Position numbers and translations under genes: made by a program
Part shown: piece after piece, positions 1 through 8,793 of the stretch
Numbering within the stretch: the first letter of the stretch is position 1
How the letters are laid out: the number at the start of each line of letters is the position of its first letter
The notes under the pieces: generated by a model
What the model saw: the letters and a program-made list of their open reading frames with translations, nothing else
Database searches by the model: none
What the model was told of the DNA's origin: nothing
Source: Alphaproteobacteria bacterium
GTDB taxonomy: Bacteria > Pseudomonadota > Alphaproteobacteria > RF32 > CAG-239
Reading direction: 5' to 3'
NCBI GenBank assembly: GCA_017960745.1
Contig: JAGCYN010000021.1
Coordinates: forward strand, 1-47,622
DNA: 47,622 nt

Positions 1-32
1 ACAAAAAAGGCGGGATAAAACCACCCGCCTTT
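1..32 (-). terminator. Rho-independent terminator downstream of the giant Cys-rich gene
   Basis: Inverted repeat AAAGGCGGG (6-14) / CCCGCCTTT (24-32). On the minus strand the stem runs into a T-run (complement of the A-run at 3-8). It lies 27 nt past the TAA at 59-61. Confidence 0.7.
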
Positions 33-58
33 GATGTTTCTACTTAAGCACATCGACT

Positions 59-3000
59 TTATTCATACTCACTTTGCAAGTCGCCGATGTTGACTTCACT
101 GTATGCCGGGCAAGCCGTACCGCTCTTGATACAGAGGTAACCGACACTCGAACATACTCTGGTCGAATTACCGCTTGAATGACATTCCGGAACTACACAG
201 CAGTGTCTGCCTTCTCCCGGATAATCACTATCGCAGTTTCTGTCACCGCAAGTTGAAGAACCGGATGTCTGACCTGCCGTACCGTTCGACATCGCGAAGT
301 CAAACGAGAAGTCAAACGAGAAGTCATACGAGAAGTCATACGAATAGCTGTCGTAGCTGTAGTTGTCACCGCCACCGGTGCCGGAACCGCCGCCGGAGCC
401 GCCGCCACCGGAACCGCCGGAACCACCGGAACCACCGGAACCGCCGCTACTGCTATTGGTACCGCAGTAACAGTTTGCACCACTGCCTTTGACAACTTGA
501 CCACTGCCACAGCTTAAGGTTTTAGACTTGTAACAGGTACCCGTACCGCATTTTTGCGGCTGGGTATCCCAACAACCGGATGACGGTTTGGTTATACTAT
601 ATCCGCTATCACAAAAGGCTTCCCTTTTAATGTAGCAAATATTACCGTCCGCAAGATCCTCTTTCTTCTCGTAGCATGTGGTATCCGGAAGGCTTGCCCC
701 CTTGGTCCAACTTGAATTGCTACATGTGGAAGTCGCACAATCATATATCGAACCAATCGGATTACAACCGGACATATGACCGTAATCTGACGGTTTTGCT
801 ACATTTGGTGCACAACATACATCCGTACACTTCCCTGCCGGACTGACAACCGAGATATGCGTATATCTGATTGGTCTCTCACCGGAACAGGTATTGCTAA
901 TCTCGCATCTGATGCAGTCTTTACCATCAGATTTGGCACCGACAGGAACCGGTGTATAACCCTGATTACATGTTCCGCCGGCTAAGCTGCCGTCCGGACA
1001 CGGCTTTACAGTGCATCTCCAGTATGGATATTGCTTATCACCAATCGTGCACGCTTCGCAAGTATAGCCATCTGCTGACTTATCTTGATCAAAGTTATAC
1101 CCTATTCTTGCACAGGCATCTGCTTGTGTCAAGCAACGACCGCCCATCTCAATCTTCGGTGATTTACAAGTCATATTCTTGTATTTACCGTAGTTCGGGT
1201 TGCCGGCTTGTGTACACGGTCCCGTACAGTCATAACCGGCTGCAGACGTACAAACATTGTACTCACCGACGCATTGGTTTTCTTCGCAGTAGCCGTTCGA
1301 CATAACCTTGCCTGACGGGCAGTAACATTGACAGGTACCTTCATTCAAAACCATACCGTTGGTACAGCTCTTGTTACAGTTACAGCTGCAGTTTGACTGA
1401 TTGAAGACAAAGCCGTCCGAGCAAGAGTCTGAATACATATCGCAGACTGCCGTATTCTGTACACAGCTCGTGCCTTCCAGGTGTGTGCCTGACGGACATG
1501 AGCAGTTCTCATACATACCCTGTTTCGGTCCAGGCTGTTCGCATCTGTTATGACACTGCATACCCATTGCTCTTTCCATGTTACCCCATGTCGTTGCATT
1601 CGGGCACAGGTCTTCTGCACAGGTACCGTTTGATTCAAACTTCGGTGCTTCGCATGAGCAGTCATAGTAGGTCTTTCCTTCGCAGGTGGCAACCTTCTGA
1701 CAGTCATAGCCCTTGCTCGTCTTATCAATCAGCGAGTAACCGCCGAACTTAACGTCATCCGGACACTTCAGCTGTTTACACTTATATTTATAAGCATTCG
1801 GTGAGTTAAAGCACGTACATACTTCGCACTCATAACCTTCTGACGGTTCCGACTTCCACGTATAGTCTTTACACGTATCCGTACATGCGTGACCGCCTGA
1901 TGCACCGTCACTGTAACCGCCGCCGGAGATTAAATCTTCGTAGCAGTCCGTACACGGTACACATCTTTGTTCCGCATCACTCCACATACTGCCTTCGCAG
2001 TAGCAACGTGTCCATTGATCCGAGAACGGACAGGTCGGACAATACATACCGTATTGCGGAGCCGCCTTCGGATTATTCTTGGTATAACCCCAACGTCTAC
2101 AAATTGCGTCAACTTCACACTTGTAGTATTCCGAGTTATACGAACACTTCTGGCACCACGAGTTTGCCGTGTTGGTATCAACGCCCCATTCGCTCAAGGA
2201 CTTATAACCGTCTACGCGGCACATATCTCCCGTCGTTTCAACCGATGTGCCTTTGTAGCGGCATGCATAGTATTGGTTCGTCACATCTACCGGACAACGT
2301 ACACAACCCGTATTCGTTATCGAATAACCGTCGCTGTACCCGAACGAGTAAGCATTCGCCGACGTCGTTTCAAGCGCTTTGATTTTGTTGTATATATCAG
2401 AACCGTAGCTAACGTTATACTTGCCGACACCGTCGTTAATCGCCGGACATTGCGTCTGCGTGATTTCGCCGTTGCCGCTTCTTTGGGCGTGACGACACTT
2501 ATAGAAGTTCTCAGAGCCTTCCGTTTCTGACGGACATTGTTCGCAAGTATATACTTTTGAACCGCCGTAGTACAACAAATTCGCTCTGTTAATTCGACTG
2601 CGGAAGTTGTTGCCGTATACAGAACCGTTCTTATCTCTCGATCCAGTATCCGTTAACGCCTTCGTCAAGTCAATCACATACCCGGCTGTCGCACAGCTGC
2701 CGTACGTACAACGATACTTGTTGTATTGGCTGTCAACATACCCCAGCGGACATTTCGCACATTTATAGCCTTGCGCCGTCTTCGTTTGCGCTTCGCTCTC
2801 GCTCAATGTGTATTCCGAACAGTTGCCGCTTACCGTACACTTATATTTGCTCTGCGTGCATTGCGTATCGCTCAGCATCGTCGCATAGCTACATAAGCTG
2901 CAGCCGCCGCTCAAGCCCTGTTCTTTTACCGCTGTATTCAACGCCGAAATCGCGCCGGTACCGCCGCTGACAAATGTATAACCTTCATCTGCCGTCGCCG

Positions 3001-4831
3001 ATACATCATATTTATATCCCAACGCCGAGCACAACTGGTTCTGCGATGTAATATTCACGCCGTTCAATACACATTTATACAACGATGATCCGCTGCGGCA
3101 CAAATCACATGTTCCGCCTTCTTTCTTCACAATGCTGATCAATGTATCCGAACAGCCGCTGCTTGAACTATCCGAGTAGCAGTCGTTGTATGCACTGCCG
3201 CCCTGTACTAAACAGGCCTCATCTGCCGAGCTCCATTCATAGCCCGGGTTGCAACTACAATCTTTCATGAAACGATTGTCATACGGACAATGCGTACATG
3301 TGCCGTACGGTGAATAGTCAATGCCCCAATCTTGGCTCGTGCCAACATGGAAGCCCATGTTATTGCACATATCCGATGCTGACGGCGGTGTGTATTGTGA
3401 TACCGCTTCCGATTGAGCATCAGATGTCGCATCCGGTACATTCGGTGCCGAACATACGCCGGAGGCATTAATGTAACTCGTCGGACAATAGCACAGATAG
3501 TTCGAGCATCCTGCCTTATAGCTACAACTGTAGTTCTTTGCTCTCAGCCCCGCTACCGCACTCGCCGGCGTCGTGTAACCCAAACAGTTCGTCGGGTCAT
3601 CCTGTATGCCGCTCGAGCTTGCATCCGATACCGTATTACCACCTGTATTTCTTAATTCACATGTCCCCAATCCGCTATTCCATACATATGGTTCAACACA
3701 GTGGCAATTCTTCATATAACGTCCATCGTCCGGACACCGAGTGCAGGAACCGCCCACCGAATAGAATATTGACCAATCCTGTGTCGTGGCAGCATGATAT
3801 CCCGAACATATCGTCGCCGGCGCCGATGATGTGCTGTCTCCGTAGCTGTAACCGCCACCGCTGCTGCAGTCAATACATGTATTGTTTGCACCGTAGCACC
3901 GATTACAATAACAACGTTGACTCTTGCCGCAGAAATTATCCGGCGATGCTTCACAGGTCCAGCCTTTCAGCTTTAATTCTCCCGCCGTTTGCGTATCCGT
4001 CGTGTAACCGTTGTTGATACACCACATCGAATCTCCCGCAGAATATTCCAATTCCGCAAACCCGACATTCGCACTGAAGCTTACCGATGACATCCGACAT
4101 TTTTTGACTTTCGTCGAACTCTTCACCGTATAGCCTTGCTTCTCACAGTCCGCTACACATGAACAGCTTCCGTCTCCGTTACGAATCTTCTGCTCGTTTG
4201 CTCCACATGTTAAGCCCGTGTTCGTGCATTCCAAACATGCACAGGTCGCCGCACTTGCCGTCTTGCCGGCCGGACAACTCAAACACGTGCCGTTGTCGCA
4301 CTTCGTATAGCCGCTGTTGCATACGCAGGTGTCTCCAACCGCGTGTGCATTCTGTTGGCATATCTTATGGCACGGACTGCCTTCATAACCGTCAACACAT
4401 GAACACCCGCCGCTGCTGTTTCGTACTTCGTGCGCACCGCATCTGACTAAGCAGGCATCCCCTTCTTTGACGTAACCGTCATTACATTGTACATAGCACG
4501 GCTTCGCTTCAACCAGTCTTCCGTTCGTCGGCGCTGTCTTAACACACTCGCCGCTGCATTCCGTATAGCCGCTTTCGCACCCGTTACATTTGTAGTAACC
4601 GCTGTCGCCGCACGCTTCACATACGTAGTGTGCCTTCGGTGCTGTTTCCGTACAATCTACATCTATCTCCGATCTCGGCGTTTCTACCATAATTCCCGAA
4701 CAGTCGTTCGACGGTAAGAAACAGGTTGATGCCTCAACCGGCTTTACCTGTGTCATACAGACCATTATACAGGCTGACAGAACCCAGTATAACCCTGTCT
4801 TTATAACACTCCCTTTATTTCTTGCGGACAT
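59..4831 (-). CDS. Giant secreted cysteine-rich repeat protein (1590 aa) with EGF-like modules, Gly/Ser linker, (S-[FY]-D-[FY]) repeats and a Cys-rich C-terminal domain
   Basis: Uninterrupted 4.77-kb ORF with SD AAGGAG upstream of the ATG. N-terminal signal peptide (MSARNKGSVIKTGLYWVLSACIMVCMTQVKPVEA|S). CSCVDGYEGSPC fits the EGF C-x-C-x2-G-Y-x4-C signature. Dozens of G-Y-x-C-x2-C...Y-[KR]-C units. Internal duplication of aa 341-408 versus aa 488-559. Confidence 0.85.
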   Translation of the reverse strand: MSARNKGSVIKTGLYWVLSACIMVCMTQVKPVEASTCFLPSNDCSGIMVETPRSEIDVDCTETAPKAHYVCEACGDSGYYKCNGCESGYTECSGECVKTAPTNGRLVEAKPCYVQCNDGYVKEGDACLVRCGAHEVRNSSGGCSCVDGYEGSPCHKICQQNAHAVGDTCVCNSGYTKCDNGTCLSCPAGKTASAATCACLECTNTGLTCGANEQKIRNGDGSCSCVADCEKQGYTVKSSTKVKKCRMSSVSFSANVGFAELEYSAGDSMWCINNGYTTDTQTAGELKLKGWTCEASPDNFCGKSQRCYCNRCYGANNTCIDCSSGGGYSYGDSTSSAPATICSGYHAATTQDWSIFYSVGGSCTRCPDDGRYMKNCHCVEPYVWNSGLGTCELRNTGGNTVSDASSSGIQDDPTNCLGYTTPASAVAGLRAKNYSCSYKAGCSNYLCYCPTSYINASGVCSAPNVPDATSDAQSEAVSQYTPPSASDMCNNMGFHVGTSQDWGIDYSPYGTCTHCPYDNRFMKDCSCNPGYEWSSADEACLVQGGSAYNDCYSDSSSSGCSDTLISIVKKEGGTCDLCRSGSSLYKCVLNGVNITSQNQLCSALGYKYDVSATADEGYTFVSGGTGAISALNTAVKEQGLSGGCSLCSYATMLSDTQCTQSKYKCTVSGNCSEYTLSESEAQTKTAQGYKCAKCPLGYVDSQYNKYRCTYGSCATAGYVIDLTKALTDTGSRDKNGSVYGNNFRSRINRANLLYYGGSKVYTCEQCPSETEGSENFYKCRHAQRSGNGEITQTQCPAINDGVGKYNVSYGSDIYNKIKALETTSANAYSFGYSDGYSITNTGCVRCPVDVTNQYYACRYKGTSVETTGDMCRVDGYKSLSEWGVDTNTANSWCQKCSYNSEYYKCEVDAICRRWGYTKNNPKAAPQYGMYCPTCPFSDQWTRCYCEGSMWSDAEQRCVPCTDCYEDLISGGGYSDGASGGHACTDTCKDYTWKSEPSEGYECEVCTCFNSPNAYKYKCKQLKCPDDVKFGGYSLIDKTSKGYDCQKVATCEGKTYYDCSCEAPKFESNGTCAEDLCPNATTWGNMERAMGMQCHNRCEQPGPKQGMYENCSCPSGTHLEGTSCVQNTAVCDMYSDSCSDGFVFNQSNCSCNCNKSCTNGMVLNEGTCQCYCPSGKVMSNGYCEENQCVGEYNVCTSAAGYDCTGPCTQAGNPNYGKYKNMTCKSPKIEMGGRCLTQADACARIGYNFDQDKSADGYTCEACTIGDKQYPYWRCTVKPCPDGSLAGGTCNQGYTPVPVGAKSDGKDCIRCEISNTCSGERPIRYTHISVVSPAGKCTDVCCAPNVAKPSDYGHMSGCNPIGSIYDCATSTCSNSSWTKGASLPDTTCYEKKEDLADGNICYIKREAFCDSGYSITKPSSGCWDTQPQKCGTGTCYKSKTLSCGSGQVVKGSGANCYCGTNSSSGGSGGSGGSGGSGGGGSGGGSGTGGGDNYSYDSYSYDFSYDFSFDFSFDFAMSNGTAGQTSGSSTCGDRNCDSDYPGEGRHCCVVPECHSSGNSTRVCSSVGYLCIKSGTACPAYSEVNIGDLQSEYE
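296..367 (-). repeat. In-frame 12-nt tandem repeat (4 near-perfect + 2 degenerate copies) encoding SFDF/SYDF units
   Basis: gaagtcaaacga x2 and gaagtcatacga x2 (296-343), then atagctgtcgta and gctgtagttgtc. Minus-strand translation is DNYSYDSYSYDFSYDFSFDFSFDF. Confidence 0.9.
368..450 (-). repeat. In-frame 9-nt-period GC-rich repeat encoding a (GGS)n linker
   Basis: Repeated ggaaccgcc/ggaaccacc units. Translation is SSSGGSGGSGGSGGSGGGGSGGGSGTGGG. Confidence 0.85.
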
Positions 4832-5059
4832 GTCTTATCTCCTTAATACACATATATGCCATTTTATTCTATCACACTTTTCGTTTTTTTCTACAACTTT
4901 TTTGTTACATTTTTGTTAAATATGTGCATAGTTTTAAAAAAAATCGGATACGAGAATGCAGACTATTTAAGCCTACGAAAAGCAAAATTTTTGTAACTAT
5001 TTAATAATGCTGTAAATTTTACCGAATGATGTATTTTATGACCGGATTATTGCCGATTA

Positions 5060-6289
5060 TCATTTTTTATGAACCGCCATCAAAACGTACGGAGTCGCAT
5101 TTTCCGAAGTCAGTTCATCAATATTTTGCCACGTAGCACCGGCTGAATCCCGACCGTCGCCGGATTGTTGCGGCAAACCGTTGATTTCAACATCATACAA
5201 TACCGCATTATGCTGTAACACCCCTGTTTCATGGCTTTGCGGCGTAAAATCGGAAAAAATAATCGAACGAAAGCGCTCATTTTCGGCACACACCGTTTCA
5301 CAACCGGTTTCTTCGCGAATTTCGCGTTTCAATGTGGTCAAAGAATCTTCACCGTGTTCCGGACTGCCGCCCGGTAAATCATACATACCGGTATACGGAC
5401 CGCGCGCCTTTTTAATCAGCAAAATCCGCCCGTTGCGAATAATGACACCGTACACGCCGAAATGAGACTTCGTCACCTGCGGGTTGCGAATCAAAACATG
5501 CTTAAACCATTGTTCTTGAAAAGCCGTCTGCGCCTCAATTTCTTCGTCAGTCATCCTGCAGTTTTCCGGCACAACAACCAATTTATCATCGTCATCATCG
5601 GTACGATGAATAACGCCGATACAGCGCCCGACGAAGTTATGCAACGGTTCTTTTACCCCCAAAACATAGGCATCCAACTCTTCCCCGTCACCGGAAACCG
5701 TATAAGGCACAAAGCCGTAATTTACCGGATATTCAAACCCGTGCTTCGGATGTTTGCTGCCCTGCGGTCGATCAATCGTAACCTGCACTTTTTGCCCGAT
5801 ATATCTTGCTGTCGGCAAATTATGCAAAACCACCGGATAATTATCCGCAGCATCCCACGGTTCATATTGCTTGGACAACGTATCAAATTCATCTTCCCGA
5901 ATATACAATTCCTGCGGATCCTCGGCAGAACGTTTCAGAATTCTTCTTTTAGCCTCATCCATCGCGCACCCGACCACATGAAACACCACATCATCGGTCA
6001 ATTTTTTGGCCTGAGCATACACTTTCTCCCGAACTTGATGTCCCCAAAAACCGTAATCCATAATGACATCGGTGCCGGTTTGAACAATTTTTGCGGCCAA
6101 ATCCCATAAAACACCGTCAACTTTTTGATAATTCGAATGAAATTCCGCATAAGGCATATTCCGGCCATAAAGCTTGACCATAAATTCATCGTGCGTTAAA
6201 CACACCGCCGACAAACGCGAAGCCATTTGCTTGGCAATTGTGGTTTTGCCAAACCCCATAAAGCCGACCATCAGATGTATTGCGGCCAT
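5060..6289 (-). CDS. Three-domain fusion: P-loop NTPase/kinase (AAA_33-like) + short inorganic-pyrophosphatase-like domain + NUDIX hydrolase
   Basis: Walker A GFMGFGKT at the N-terminus. Central DRPQGSKHPKHGFEYPVNYGFVPYTVSGDGEELDAYVLG matches short PPase-family proteins. The C-terminus has a complete NUDIX box, GSPEHGEDSLTTLKREIREETGC. SD GGGAGAA precedes the ATG. Confidence 0.75.
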   Translation of the reverse strand: MAAIHLMVGFMGFGKTTIAKQMASRLSAVCLTHDEFMVKLYGRNMPYAEFHSNYQKVDGVLWDLAAKIVQTGTDVIMDYGFWGHQVREKVYAQAKKLTDDVVFHVVGCAMDEAKRRILKRSAEDPQELYIREDEFDTLSKQYEPWDAADNYPVVLHNLPTARYIGQKVQVTIDRPQGSKHPKHGFEYPVNYGFVPYTVSGDGEELDAYVLGVKEPLHNFVGRCIGVIHRTDDDDDKLVVVPENCRMTDEEIEAQTAFQEQWFKHVLIRNPQVTKSHFGVYGVIIRNGRILLIKKARGPYTGMYDLPGGSPEHGEDSLTTLKREIREETGCETVCAENERFRSIIFSDFTPQSHETGVLQHNAVLYDVEINGLPQQSGDGRDSAGATWQNIDELTSENATPYVLMAVHKK

Positions 6290-6314
6290 TGCTTTTCTCC
6301 CTGAATTACGTTGA

Positions 6315-8489
6315 CTAAGCGGCCGCCTTCAGTTCTTCCAAAACTTCTCTCTTCAACGTGACGTTATCAATCTTGCCGGTCGCCGACATCGGAATTTTAT
6401 CACGATACAGAATGATGCGCGGCAAATACAACTCCGGATAACCGTTTTGCTTAACAAAGTCACGCAACATATCCATTGTCAGGCCCTTTTCGTTGGTTAC
6501 CAGCACTATTTGCTCGCCTTTATGTTCGTGCGGAATGGCCACGACACCGCAACAAAAATCTTCTTTTCCAGCAAAAGCTTTATTAATCATATTTTCAACG
6601 GCACGCAACGACACCATCTCGCCGCCGATTTTAGCAAAGCGCTTGATACGGTCTTTAATGCTGATAAAGCCGATTTCATCAATATCAACCACATCGCCGG
6701 TATGATACCAACCGTCTTCCGGCGGTACCAAAACCCCCGGATTATCGGCCATAATATAGCCGGCCATCACATTCGGTCCTTTAACCACCAATTCGCCGCC
6801 TTCTTCAATGCCGTCGATTTTATCTAAGCGACACTGCATTCCCGGACAAAGTTTGCCGATGGTGCCAAACTTGTTAAACACCATATTATTGCCCGCAACA
6901 GCCGGTGAACATTCGGTGGTTCCGTAACATTCCATTAAACGCACGCCCAAACGCTCGTTTAAGATATTGCGCGTGTCCAACTTAACGCCCTCGGCACCGG
7001 CATAACACAAGCGCAAGCTTCCGAAATCAAGCGGGTGCGAAATTTTAGCATAGCTGCGGAAAAACGTATCGGTTCCGATCATCACAGTCGCCCCGATTTC
7101 ATACAGCAAATCGCTGATAATACGGAAATGAAGCGGCGACGGATAAAGAAAGACTCTTGCCCCCTGATACAGTGCATAAAGCGTTCCCAAAACCAGACCG
7201 AAACTGTGGAAAATCGGCATTGAATTCAGAATAACATCCGTGCGGTTTACCGTTTCAAAAGTGGCAATCTGCCAAACGTTGGAAATAACGTTACGGTTCG
7301 ATAAAACTACGGCTTTCGGTGCCCCCTCGGAGCCGGAGGTAAACAAAATAACCGCGCGGTCATCCGGTGTTGCTTTATACGGCACATACTTTACTTTATA
7401 TTGCAACAGCGCCAAAATTTTTGCCCAAATTGAAATCTTTTTCGCTTCTTCTTCCAAATAGCAAACTTCATAGCCGTTTTCTTTAATGGCATCAACGACC
7501 TCTTCCAAACCGGCTTTTTTAACAAACATCTTTGATGTAATAACTTTTTTGCAGACCGTACTTCTAAGGCCGCTCAAAATATTTTTAACGCCGGCGCTGA
7601 AATTCAGCATAACCGGCACTTGACCATAGGCATTAAGCCCGAAAAAAGTGCAAATTGCCGCCACCGAGTTCGGCAACATAATCGCAACCGATTCTTGAAG
7701 AGCGGCGCCCTTATTGAAATGACGTCCCAAAACATAGGCGGCCAACATAATATCCTTAAAGCTTTTCGGCTTGCGTGTAATATCTTCAAGCACTTTCGGA
7801 CGCTTAAAACCGAAGGCCGATTTAGCGTGAATTTTAGCCGCTTTAATTAACTGCGTGAATACCGTTAACTCCGGATTATACATCGCCTCAAAGGCCTGTT
7901 CGCGCATAATCATGTAAATTTCATTGGAAATATGATTACGCTGATGGCGCAGTTCATCTTTAAGCTTTAACGGACGCGGGGCATCAACTACAATTTTTAC
8001 TTTCGGGAAATAGCGATGCGGCAAACGACCTCTGGTGCGCGAAAAATGACAATATTGCAAACCGTTAATCCAAATCGGAATAACCGGCGAATCGGTCTTA
8101 TCGGCCAACAAACCGGCGCCCTCGTAAATTTTCATGATATTGCCGTTGGTGGTCATACGACCTTCCGGAAACATCACACACAGCCGACCGGAATTAACAA
8201 TGGAAATCAATTGCTTAAGATCGGGAACATCAATATTGCCGTATTCCATCACATCCGCCGTTTTCATCAGCAAACGAACCCAATAACTGCGGTAAAGCTG
8301 TCCTTGCAACGCAAAAACAGGATTCCCCGGCAAAAACGCAAACAGCACAATCGGATCAACATAAGAAACGTGATTGGAAATATACAAACCCTTCTTCGGC
8401 AGCTGTGATATATCAAATCGCATTTCAAAACGAACTTTAAAAAGTCTGAAAAAACAACGCAGACAAAAACGCACAAAATCCCGCATCAT
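6315..8489 (-). CDS. aas: Bifunctional 2-acylglycerophosphoethanolamine acyltransferase / acyl-ACP synthetase (Aas-like)
   Basis: 724 aa. The N-terminal PlsC-type acyltransferase has the HX4D motif (NHVSYVDP). The C-terminus is an AMP-binding adenylating domain (TSGSEGAPKAV, GWYHTGD). Architecture and length match E. coli Aas. The stop codon is TAG. Confidence 0.8.
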   Translation of the reverse strand: MMRDFVRFCLRCFFRLFKVRFEMRFDISQLPKKGLYISNHVSYVDPIVLFAFLPGNPVFALQGQLYRSYWVRLLMKTADVMEYGNIDVPDLKQLISIVNSGRLCVMFPEGRMTTNGNIMKIYEGAGLLADKTDSPVIPIWINGLQYCHFSRTRGRLPHRYFPKVKIVVDAPRPLKLKDELRHQRNHISNEIYMIMREQAFEAMYNPELTVFTQLIKAAKIHAKSAFGFKRPKVLEDITRKPKSFKDIMLAAYVLGRHFNKGAALQESVAIMLPNSVAAICTFFGLNAYGQVPVMLNFSAGVKNILSGLRSTVCKKVITSKMFVKKAGLEEVVDAIKENGYEVCYLEEEAKKISIWAKILALLQYKVKYVPYKATPDDRAVILFTSGSEGAPKAVVLSNRNVISNVWQIATFETVNRTDVILNSMPIFHSFGLVLGTLYALYQGARVFLYPSPLHFRIISDLLYEIGATVMIGTDTFFRSYAKISHPLDFGSLRLCYAGAEGVKLDTRNILNERLGVRLMECYGTTECSPAVAGNNMVFNKFGTIGKLCPGMQCRLDKIDGIEEGGELVVKGPNVMAGYIMADNPGVLVPPEDGWYHTGDVVDIDEIGFISIKDRIKRFAKIGGEMVSLRAVENMINKAFAGKEDFCCGVVAIPHEHKGEQIVLVTNEKGLTMDMLRDFVKQNGYPELYLPRIILYRDKIPMSATGKIDNVTLKREVLEELKAAA

Positions 8490-8631
8490 GATAGCCCTCC
8501 TTTGTCAAACAGCGGTCAGTATATTATACTTTAAATCTGATGTAAAGTAGGCACTTCGGAGAAACTGCAAAACCGATGGTTATTGCCCGTCTGCAGTGGC
8601 ATTTTACCCTGTTTATTGATTGCTGTTTTCC

Positions 8632-8660
8632 AAAAAAAAAGCCGCTTTTACAAGCGACTT
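8632..8660 (-). terminator. Rho-independent terminator after tRNA-Thr
   Basis: Minus strand reads GTCGCTT-GTAA-AAGCGGC followed by T9. Confidence 0.7.
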
Positions 8661-8667
8661 TTCTTAT

Positions 8668-8743
<76 letters not shown>

Positions 8744-8793
8744 ATAAAACAAGTTATAGTTAATATACTTTGTTTTATTTTGCAAGAATTATT

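Noticed and set aside
368-450. GC-rich short repeats as a possible CRISPR or other non-coding array
   Set aside because: The period is 9 nt with no spacers. The repeats are entirely in frame within the giant ORF and encode GGS.
175-4717. Many plus-strand ORFs (60-187 aa) inside the giant gene, e.g. 175-492, 1967-2530 and 3538-4017
   Set aside because: They lie antisense to a continuous 4.77-kb ORF. Their translations are low-complexity Arg/His/Ser/Cys strings that mirror the Cys/Gly/Ser codon bias of the sense strand. They have no SD sequences and are compositional artefacts.
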